Shown here: piece after piece, positions 1 through 7,191 of the stretch
Numbering within the stretch: position 1 is the first letter of the stretch
Layout: the number at the start of each line of letters is the position of its first letter
Assembly: GCA_045642405.1 (NCBI GenBank)
Contig: JAZUIU010000028.1
Location: forward strand, 21,856 to 85,855
DNA: 64,000 nucleotides
Reading direction: 5' to 3'
DNA from: Oscillospiraceae bacterium
GTDB taxonomy: Bacteria; Bacillota; Clostridia; Oscillospirales; Oscillospiraceae
Translations under genes and position numbers: made by a program
Notes under the pieces: generated by a model
Database searches by the model: none
What the model saw: the letters and a program-made list of their open reading frames with translations, nothing else
Told to the model about the DNA's origin: nothing

Positions 1-18
1 GTTTTCTTCCTTTCTTTT

Positions 19-684
19 TCAAATCGGCACATTGTTTTGTAAGGTCAATGCAAAGAGATCGGGAATTTCGGACGACAGTCCTTCATATAAGTCCCGATGC
101 ACGGCGGTCGCAACGATCGGAAGTTGCGAAAGGTGCGACACCTCGTTTGCAAACGGGAGCGAATCAAGCACCGTTTGTTCGTCCGTTTCTCTCCCGAGAT
201 TGGAATTGTTGATCAGTCCCGTAACGGGAATTCCGCCCGCCGCCTCGATCTCCGCGATCACTTCCATCGCTTCTTGCGGTGTCCGTGTCAACGGGCGGTA
301 GGCATTGAGCACGAAAAGCATCGCGTAATCGTTTTCTTCAAGCAGTCTTTCGCGCAGTCTTCCCAATGCCAGAGCACCGCGGTCATCGCCGCCGAGGTCG
401 ATCACGGCATGGGATGTCTTATCATCGCAAAGCGTATACATTTCCGGCGGCAATGCCGGCACATCGAGATTGGTATTGACAAAATCGGATGCAATGAGCC
501 GAATGCCCTGCGTTTGCAAATATTCCCGACTGTCAGCCGAGCGGAAATACGGATTGACGATATCCAGATCCGCAAGCGCGACACGCGTATGGCGCTTTTT
601 CAAGTCAAGTGCCAGATTGACTGCAAGATTGGATTTGCCGCTCCCGTAATGACCGCACAGTATGGTTATGCGTTTATCGTCCAT
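19..684 (-). CDS. P-loop ATP-binding protein (ParA/MinD/CobQ-like), of the type found in 2-oxoacid:ferredoxin oxidoreductase (vor-like) clusters
   Basis: Walker A GHYGSGKS near the N-terminus, DLDIVNPYFRS and DLGGDDRGA motifs. An RBS-like AAAGGAAG at positions 1-18 on the minus strand implies the operon continues off the left edge. Confidence 0.75.
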   Translation of the reverse strand: MDDKRITILCGHYGSGKSNLAVNLALDLKKRHTRVALADLDIVNPYFRSADSREYLQTQGIRLIASDFVNTNLDVPALPPEMYTLCDDKTSHAVIDLGGDDRGALALGRLRERLLEENDYAMLFVLNAYRPLTRTPQEAMEVIAEIEAAGGIPVTGLINNSNLGRETDEQTVLDSLPFANEVSHLSQLPIVATAVHRDLYEGLSSEIPDLFALTLQNNVPI

Positions 685-699
685 AAAACACCTGCTATC

Positions 700-2967
700 T
701 CAAAGCTGATTGCGGATGATCTTGCCGCTGATCGTCTTGGGCAGCGAGTCACAAAATTCCACGATGCGCGGGTATTTATACGGCGCGGTATTTTTCTTGA
801 CATACTCCTGGATTTCGCGTTTGAGTTCTTCTGTCCCATCCGTTCCCTTGACCAAAACGATGCTCGCCTTGACCACTTGACCGCGCACGGGATCAGGGGC
901 TGCCGAAACGCCGCACTCCAAAACATACGGCAGTTCCATAATGACATTTTCGATCTCAAACGGCCCGATACGGTAGCCGGAGGACTTGATCACATCGTCG
1001 ATACGGCTGACATACCAATAAAAACCGTCTTCGTCTTTCCACGCAAGATCGCCCGTGTGGTAATATCCGTCGTGCCATGCCTCTTTCGTTGCCGCTTCGT
1101 TTTGATAATAACCGAGGAACAAACCGCACGGTACATTTTCGGATGTTTTTACACAGATCTCGCCGCTTTCGCCCATCTTCGCTTCCGTTCCGTCCGGAAG
1201 AAGCAATTTGATATCGTACAGCGGAGAGGCTTTGCCCATTGAGCCGACTTTTACGCGGTCTCCGATGAGATTGCCGATCGCAAGCGTCAATTCCGTCTGA
1301 CCGAAGCCCTCACAGATGTGAAGCCCCGTTGCATCCAAAAACTGTTTGTATACTTCGGGATTGAGCGCCTCCCCTGCCGTGGTGATATGCACCAGCGAGG
1401 AAAAATCGTATTTTGAAAGGTCTTCTTTCACCATCATGCGCAGCATCGTCGGCGGTGCGCAGAAAGTCGTGATCTTGTATTTGGGGAACATCGAAAGGAT
1501 CGATGCCGCATGGAAACGGTCAAAGTCGTATGTAAAGACCGCGCCTTCACAAAGCCATTGCCCGTAGAGTTTGCCCCAGAGTGCTTTACCCCAGCCCGTG
1601 TCGGAAATCGTGAAATGGATACCGTTTTCACTCACACCGTGCCAATACTTTGCCGTAATATAATGACCGAGCGCATATTTGTAAGAATGTAGTGCCATTT
1701 TCGGATAACCGGTCGTGCCGGAAGTAAAAAACAACAGCATCGGTGCATCGCCGCACGGCGTATCAGCGGTACGGTAAAAATGGACATTGAATAATTGGCT
1801 CTCTTCATCGTAATTGTGCCAACCTTCCCGGTCATGATCGAGCAAAATCTTCGTCAGATCGCCGTCATAGTCCTGCGCCGCAAGATCGACCTGATCGGCA
1901 GTTGCGTCATCGGCGCAAAGGATATAACCGACCGATGCGGTTTGGAAACGGTAGAGAAAATCATGCGCTTGGAGTTGATTGGTCGCCGGAATGGCGATCG
2001 CGCCGATCTTATGCAAACCCAAAATGGCAAACCAGAACTGATAGCGCCGTTTGAGCACGAGCATCACGCGATCTCCTGCACGCACGCCGATGGATTTGAA
2101 GTAATTTGCCGCCTGTGCAGAGGCGCGTTTGATGTCGCGGAAGGTAAAACGGCGTTCGGTCAGATCATCGGCAACATGGATCATGGCAAGTTTATTCGGC
2201 TTTGTTCTGCCGAGTTCATCCACAATGTCAAAGGCAAAATTGAACTGATCCTCGTTTTGGAAACGGATGGACTGCAAAAGTCCGTTTTCGTCTTCCTCCG
2301 TGGTGATGAATTTGGAAACTGCCAATTTTCCTTCCTGCTGTTTGTAAGGGCGAAGGAGCGTATTTTTGACAAAATGCTCTTCTTGCTTTTCACCCGGCAG
2401 CACCACCGCCAAAAAGACGCAATCCGCACCGTCCACGGCGACCATACCGTGCTGGGTGGAACTGTTATAATAGATACTGTCGCCTTCACTCAGATACTCG
2501 ATATTCTCGCCGATCTGCACTTTGAGACGGCCTTTGAGGATATAGTCAAATTCCTGACCTGAATGGCTGGTGAGCGCAATGGGCTGATCCTGCAATTCTT
2601 GCTTGAATTCATAGCGGACAAAATACGGCTCGGATATCTTTTTGAGAAACATCGGCGCAAGGTTGCTGATTTCGATACCGTTTTCCTTGACCGTCTCCTG
2701 TCCGTTCCCCTTGCGCGTAATCGAATAGGACGAAAGATGCGCCGTATGCCCTTCAAGCAAATCGGTAATACCGACGCCGAAGGCAATGGAGCATTTATGG
2801 ATAAAGGTAAAGGGAAAATCCTCTTTGCCCGATTCGTACAGTCTGTAATCCGCAAGAGAGACTTCCGTCTTCCCCGCCATTTCATCTTCGGAGAAGCCGC
2901 AGATCTCGCGCATCGTGCGGATACGCATGGCGACCGCCTGCAATCGTTCGTTTTCAAACTCAGCCAT
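700..2967 (-). CDS. Fusion protein: N-terminal XRE-HTH plus cupin, C-terminal acyl-CoA synthetase (AMP-binding)
   Basis: HTH at aa ~10-70 (RIRTMREICG...YRLYESG), cupin (HSGQEFDYILKG...YYNSSTQHGM), then adenylation motifs FTSGTTGYPK, EGFGQTE, YHTGD, RIDDVIKSSGYRIGPFEIE, PKTISGK. Start moved to ATG 2967 (GGAGG RBS). Confidence 0.9.
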   Translation of the reverse strand: MAEFENERLQAVAMRIRTMREICGFSEDEMAGKTEVSLADYRLYESGKEDFPFTFIHKCSIAFGVGITDLLEGHTAHLSSYSITRKGNGQETVKENGIEISNLAPMFLKKISEPYFVRYEFKQELQDQPIALTSHSGQEFDYILKGRLKVQIGENIEYLSEGDSIYYNSSTQHGMVAVDGADCVFLAVVLPGEKQEEHFVKNTLLRPYKQQEGKLAVSKFITTEEDENGLLQSIRFQNEDQFNFAFDIVDELGRTKPNKLAMIHVADDLTERRFTFRDIKRASAQAANYFKSIGVRAGDRVMLVLKRRYQFWFAILGLHKIGAIAIPATNQLQAHDFLYRFQTASVGYILCADDATADQVDLAAQDYDGDLTKILLDHDREGWHNYDEESQLFNVHFYRTADTPCGDAPMLLFFTSGTTGYPKMALHSYKYALGHYITAKYWHGVSENGIHFTISDTGWGKALWGKLYGQWLCEGAVFTYDFDRFHAASILSMFPKYKITTFCAPPTMLRMMVKEDLSKYDFSSLVHITTAGEALNPEVYKQFLDATGLHICEGFGQTELTLAIGNLIGDRVKVGSMGKASPLYDIKLLLPDGTEAKMGESGEICVKTSENVPCGLFLGYYQNEAATKEAWHDGYYHTGDLAWKDEDGFYWYVSRIDDVIKSSGYRIGPFEIENVIMELPYVLECGVSAAPDPVRGQVVKASIVLVKGTDGTEELKREIQEYVKKNTAPYKYPRIVEFCDSLPKTISGKIIRNQL

Positions 2968-2980
2968 AATAACCTCCAAT

Positions 2981-3023
2981 AAAACAAAAAACCGACAGAC
3001 CCCGCAAAAGGAAATCTGTCAGT
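2981..3023 (-). terminator. Intrinsic terminator in the 5' leader of the acyl-CoA synthetase operon (attenuator terminator)
   Basis: Minus strand ACTGACAGAT pairs with GTCTGTCGGT and is followed by TTTTTGTTTT; it lies 14 nt upstream of the start codon. Confidence 0.8.
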
Positions 3024-3041
3024 TATCTATAACTTCAGATT
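3013..3041 (-). promoter_or_regulatory. Putative antiterminator hairpin overlapping the terminator 5' arm
   Basis: Minus strand AATCTG-A-AGTTA[TAGA]TAACT-GA-CAGATT; starts 3 nt after the leader stop codon. Confidence 0.6.
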
Positions 3042-3044
3042 GCG

Positions 3045-3257
3045 TTAAAAAACGCGCACCCTTTGGGGGAATTGGGAGCCCTTTTCAATAATTCGAGCAA
3101 TCAAAAGGCCCATAATTCGCAAAGAGCGCAAAATAATAGCGGACACCATAACGGTATCCGCAAGAAGAGCAGTATTGCAAGAGGCACAAGCGCGCACGGA
3201 AACGCCCGTAGCACCGACTACGGCAGAGGTACGAGTATTGGCAAAAACCGTACGCAT
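3045..3257 (-). CDS. Putative attenuator leader peptide, 70 aa, Val/Ile/Leu-rich
   Basis: AGGAGG RBS (3267-3272) 9 nt before the ATG. Sequence MRTVFANTRTSAVVGATGVSVRACASCNTALLADTVMVSAIILRSLRIMGLLIARIIEKGSQFPQRVRVF has 21/70 I/L/V. Confidence 0.65.
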   Translation of the reverse strand: MRTVFANTRTSAVVGATGVSVRACASCNTALLADTVMVSAIILRSLRIMGLLIARIIEKGSQFPQRVRVF

Positions 3258-3285
3258 TTCCGATATCCTCCTGTCTTTTTTCAAG

Positions 3286-3313
3286 ATTATAGCACACCTT
3301 TCGCCATTGTCAA
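3286..3313 (-). promoter_or_regulatory. Sigma-A promoter of the leader/acyl-CoA synthetase transcript
   Basis: TTGACA (3313-3308), 16-nt spacer, extended -10 TGcTATAAT (3291-3286). Confidence 0.8.
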
Positions 3314-3428
3314 CCGTTTTCAGCCAAAAATACTTACAATTTTTATGAGAATTTGTGCGTCATCATTGTGCCATATTCACACATTTGCGGCAAAATGGGG
3401 AAATAGACAAGAAATGTATTAGTTTTTA

Positions 3429-3457
3429 TTGCAGTTGCAAAAAAGCCGTGATATAAT
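3429..3457 (+). promoter_or_regulatory. Sigma-A promoter of the met operon
   Basis: TTGCAG, 17 nt, TATAAT with TG extension; about 30 nt before the metY start. Confidence 0.6.
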
Positions 3458-3488
3458 GCTTACTAATATTTTTCGGAGGATTGCAAAG

Positions 3489-4766
3489 ATGAAAATCGAA
3501 ACCAAATGCGTCCAAGGCGGCTATACGCCGAAAAACGGGGAGCCGAGACAACTCCCCATCGTCCAAAGCACCACATTTCAATATGCGACGAGTGAGGATA
3601 TGGGTAAACTCTTTGATTTGGAAGATGACGGTTATTTTTACAGCCGTCTCGCCAATCCCACCAACGATGCAGTCGCGGCAAAAATCTGTGCGTTGGAAGG
3701 CGGCAGTATGGCAATGCTGACCTCTTCCGGTCAGGCCGCCAATTTCTATGCGGCATTCAACATTGCGCAATGCGGCGACCATATCGTCGCCTGCTCCGCC
3801 ATCTACGGCGGCACTTATAATCTCTTTGCGGTCACGATGCGCAAAATGGGTGTGGATTTCACATTTGTCTCCCCCGATTGCACCGACGAAGAACTCGCCG
3901 ATGCGTTCCGCCCGAACACCAAAGCGGTCTTCGGTGAAACGATCGCCAATCCCGCGCTCGCCGTTCTCGACATTGAGCGCTTTGCCGCTGCGGCGCACGC
4001 ACACGGTGTGCCGCTGATCGTGGATAACACCTTTGCAACACCGATCAACTGCCGTCCCTTTGAATGGGGCACGGATATCGTCACACACTCCACCACCAAA
4101 TATATGGACGGGCATGGCGCCGCGCTCGGCGGTTGCATCGTGGATTCGGGCAAATTCGATTGGATGAAATATCCCGAAAAATTCCCCGGTCTTTGCACGC
4201 CGGACGAAAGTTATCACGGCGTTGTCTACGCCGAGCGATTCGGTATTGAAGGTGCTTTTATCAATAAATGCACCGCACAGTTGATGCGTGATTTCGGCTC
4301 GGTACAGTCTCCGCAGAATGCGTTCCTCCTCAATCTCGGTTTGGAAAGCCTGCATGTGCGCGTCAGGCGTCATTGCGAAAATGCGCAGAAAATCGCGGAA
4401 TTTTTGCGGCAGGATGCGCACATTTCCTTTGTCAACTACTGCGGTCTGCCCGGTGACCGGTATTACGAGCGTGCGCAAAAGTATCTCCCCGACGGCTCTT
4501 GCGGTGTGGTCAGTTTCGGCATCAAGGGCGGCAGAAAAGCCGCAGAGACTTTTATGAAACACCTCAAAGTCGCCGCGATCGAAACGCATGTTGCCGACGC
4601 CAAAACCTGTTGTTTGCATCCGGCAAGTACGACGCACCGCCAGATGAGCGACGAAGAACTGCTTGCCGCCGGTGTATCGCCCGACCTCGTTCGTCTTTCC
4701 TGCGGCATTGAAAATGCACAGGATCTGATCGACGATATCCGTCAGGCACTTTCCGAAATCCAATAG
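3489..4766 (+). CDS. metY: O-acetylhomoserine aminocarboxypropyltransferase (sulfhydrylase)
   Basis: Cys/Met metabolism PLP family: YSRLANPT, SGQAA, DNTFATP, HSTTKYMDGHG (PLP lysine), HPASTTHRQ. GGAGG RBS before ATG 3489. Confidence 0.92.
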   Translation: MKIETKCVQGGYTPKNGEPRQLPIVQSTTFQYATSEDMGKLFDLEDDGYFYSRLANPTNDAVAAKICALEGGSMAMLTSSGQAANFYAAFNIAQCGDHIVACSAIYGGTYNLFAVTMRKMGVDFTFVSPDCTDEELADAFRPNTKAVFGETIANPALAVLDIERFAAAAHAHGVPLIVDNTFATPINCRPFEWGTDIVTHSTTKYMDGHGAALGGCIVDSGKFDWMKYPEKFPGLCTPDESYHGVVYAERFGIEGAFINKCTAQLMRDFGSVQSPQNAFLLNLGLESLHVRVRRHCENAQKIAEFLRQDAHISFVNYCGLPGDRYYERAQKYLPDGSCGVVSFGIKGGRKAAETFMKHLKVAAIETHVADAKTCCLHPASTTHRQMSDEELLAAGVSPDLVRLSCGIENAQDLIDDIRQALSEIQ

Positions 4767-4781
4767 TAAAGAGGTATTAAA

Positions 4782-5699
4782 ATGCCGATTAAAATTCCCA
4801 ACGAGCTGCCTGCTTTCAAGGTTTTGACAGACGAAAACATCTTCCTGATGAGCGAGACACGCGCCATCACGCAGGATATCCGTCCTTTGCAGATCGCCGT
4901 TTTGAATTTGATGCCCAACAAGATTGAAACCGAAACCCAGCTTTTGCGTCTGCTCGGCAACACACCTTTGCAGGTGGAAGTGGAACTGCTTCACACGAAA
5001 ACGCACCGCTCTAAAAATGTATCGGAAGAGCATCTTCTCTCTTTTTACAAGACTTTCGACGATGTGAAAGACCGCTTTTTTGACGGCATGGTCATCACCG
5101 GCGCTCCCGTGGAAAAACTGCCCTTTGAAGAGGTGGAGTATTGGGATGAACTGTGCGAGATCATGGAGTGGAGCAAAACGCATGTTCACAGCACCGTCCA
5201 TATCTGTTGGGGAGCGCAAGCCGGTCTTTATTATCACCACGGCATCCAAAAGCACGCTCTTGCAGAGAAACTATTCGGCGTTTTTGCCCACACGGTCGAT
5301 CATCGCTCCTCGATCCTCTTTCGCGGATTTGATGATGTTTTTATGGTGCCGCATTCGCGTTACACAAGCGTGGATATCGAGGATATCAAAAAGTGCAAAG
5401 AACTGAAAATCCTTTCCACATCGAAAGAGACCGGCGTTTATGCCGTTTCCACCGATGAGGGCAAGCAGATCTATCTGATGGGGCATGTGGAATACGATGC
5501 CGCTTCTTTGGGAAAGGAATACCGCCGCGACAAGGAAGCAGGGCTTCCCATCGCCGTGCCGAAAAACTATTTTCTCGATGACGATCCGAGCAAAGAGCCC
5601 ATGGTCACCTGGCGCTCCTGCGCACACATGGTGTTTGCGAATTGGCTCAACTATTTCGTCTATCAGACCACGCCCTACGATATTACCGACATCCGTTAG
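4782..5699 (+). CDS. metA: Homoserine O-acetyl/succinyltransferase (MetA family)
   Basis: [47 protein letters not shown]. Confidence 0.95.
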   Translation: MPIKIPNELPAFKVLTDENIFLMSETRAITQDIRPLQIAVLNLMPNKIETETQLLRLLGNTPLQVEVELLHTKTHRSKNVSEEHLLSFYKTFDDVKDRFFDGMVITGAPVEKLPFEEVEYWDELCEIMEWSKTHVHSTVHICWGAQAGLYYHHGIQKHALAEKLFGVFAHTVDHRSSILFRGFDDVFMVPHSRYTSVDIEDIKKCKELKILSTSKETGVYAVSTDEGKQIYLMGHVEYDAASLGKEYRRDKEAGLPIAVPKNYFLDDDPSKEPMVTWRSCAHMVFANWLNYFVYQTTPYDITDIR

Positions 5700-5710
5700 G
5701 AGATTGCGTT

Positions 5711-6592
5711 ATGAAGATCATCGAGCAATTAAACGAGAAAAAATTCACCGTTTCCTTCGAAGTATTTCCGCCCAAAACCGACGCAAATTTCGACTCGGTC
5801 AAATCCGCCACCGAGCAGATTGCCGCACTCAAACCCGGTTTTGTCAGCGTAACTTACGGTGCCGGCGGCGGCACGAGTCAATATACGCTCGCCATCGCCG
5901 AAAACATCAATGCGCACTACGGTGTGCCGTCTTTGGCACACCTCACCTGCGTTTCCTCCTCCAAAAAGACGGTCAAGGAGCGCATCCGGGCTTTGAAAGC
6001 CTCGGGCATTGAAAATGTCATGGCACTGCGCGGCGATATTCCCGAGGAAATGCAGGGACAGGATCGCAGTACATGGGACTATCAATACGCCTGTCAACTC
6101 GTGGAGGAACTGAAACAAGCCGGCGGTTTTTGCATCGGCGGTGCGTGCTATCCCGAGATCCACCCCGAAAGTGCCGATCAGCGCGAAGATATCCGCCATC
6201 TCAAAGAAAAAGTCGAAGCCGGCTGTGATTTTCTGACCACGCAAATGTTTTTCGACAACAATCTTTTTTATAATTTCCTTTTCAAAATCCGCGAAGCCGG
6301 CATCACCGTACCCGTTTTGCCCGGCATTATGCCCATCACCAATGCAAAGCAGGTGGCGCGTGCTGTCAGTCTCTCCGGCTCTTTTGTTCCGCAGCGTTTC
6401 AAAAGTCTGGTCGACCGTTTCGGCTCCGATCCCGAGGCAATGAAGCAAGCCGGCATCGCCTATGCGACCGATCAGATCATCGACCTTTTCGCAAACGGCA
6501 TCTACCATGTGCATATCTACACGATGAACAAGCCCGATGTCGCCGAAAATATCCTCAAAAATCTTTCGTCCATTCTCGGTAAATCGCTATGA
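5711..6592 (+). CDS. metF: 5,10-methylenetetrahydrofolate reductase
   Basis: SFEVFPPK, SVTYGAGGGT, AHLTCV, ALRGD, YPEIHPE, TQMFFDN, HIYTMNK. Confidence 0.95.
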   Translation: MKIIEQLNEKKFTVSFEVFPPKTDANFDSVKSATEQIAALKPGFVSVTYGAGGGTSQYTLAIAENINAHYGVPSLAHLTCVSSSKKTVKERIRALKASGIENVMALRGDIPEEMQGQDRSTWDYQYACQLVEELKQAGGFCIGGACYPEIHPESADQREDIRHLKEKVEAGCDFLTTQMFFDNNLFYNFLFKIREAGITVPVLPGIMPITNAKQVARAVSLSGSFVPQRFKSLVDRFGSDPEAMKQAGIAYATDQIIDLFANGIYHVHIYTMNKPDVAENILKNLSSILGKSL

Positions 6593-7179
6593 TCTCGCCG
6601 CAATACCGAACGGTCTCTTTGCCCGATTTTGACACAGCCGAGATCCTGCGTTATGCCAAAACCAAAACGGCAGAAGGTCTCCCCCTCGCCGAGTGTCTTG
6701 ACGATCTGCGCAGTTTGGAGGGAAAAGCGGCATTTGCCGAGTTTCCGATCGAACATACTGCCGAAGGACTTGATCTCGGATTTGCCAAAACGGCATCGAA
6801 GGATCTGCAAAAGGCTTTGGGCGAGTCGGAAAAAATTCTGCTTTTTGCCGCAACGGTCGGCATTCTGCCCGATCGTCTGACGGCGAAATACTCGCGTCTA
6901 TCCCCCACACGCGCCGTTTTGATCCAGGCGATCGCAACCGAGCGGATCGAAACCCTTTGCGATGCCTTTTGCCGCGAGCGCAAAGCGTACTATGACGCGC
7001 AGGGGTTTGTCTTAAAACCCCGATTCAGTCCCGGATACGGTGATCTGCCGCTTGCGATGCAAAGCGATATCCTCTCCGCCTTGGATTGTCATCGTCTTTT
7101 GGGCATTTCCCTCACAAAAAGCCTTTTGATGATGCCCTCCAAATCGGTCACTGCCATTGCGGGAATTTGCCGCAAATAA
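6589..7179 (+). CDS. Stand-alone cobalamin-dependent methionine synthase reactivation (SAM-binding) domain
   Basis: RFSPGYGDLPL and MPSKSVTAIAG motifs; overlaps the metF stop and lies directly before metH. Confidence 0.85.
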   Translation: MISPQYRTVSLPDFDTAEILRYAKTKTAEGLPLAECLDDLRSLEGKAAFAEFPIEHTAEGLDLGFAKTASKDLQKALGESEKILLFAATVGILPDRLTAKYSRLSPTRAVLIQAIATERIETLCDAFCRERKAYYDAQGFVLKPRFSPGYGDLPLAMQSDILSALDCHRLLGISLTKSLLMMPSKSVTAIAGICRK

Positions 7180-7191
7180 AGGAGAAGTCCC

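Noticed and set aside
3045-3260. T-box riboswitch upstream of the acyl-CoA synthetase
   Set aside because: The closest match (AAAGGGTGCGCG) lacks the UGGN needed to pair with the tRNA 3' end, and no stem I motifs are recognisable. The strong RBS and ORF favour a leader peptide.
3314-3488. SAM-I riboswitch or T-box before metY
   Set aside because: No conserved core sequences, and the promoter lies only about 30 nt from the start codon.
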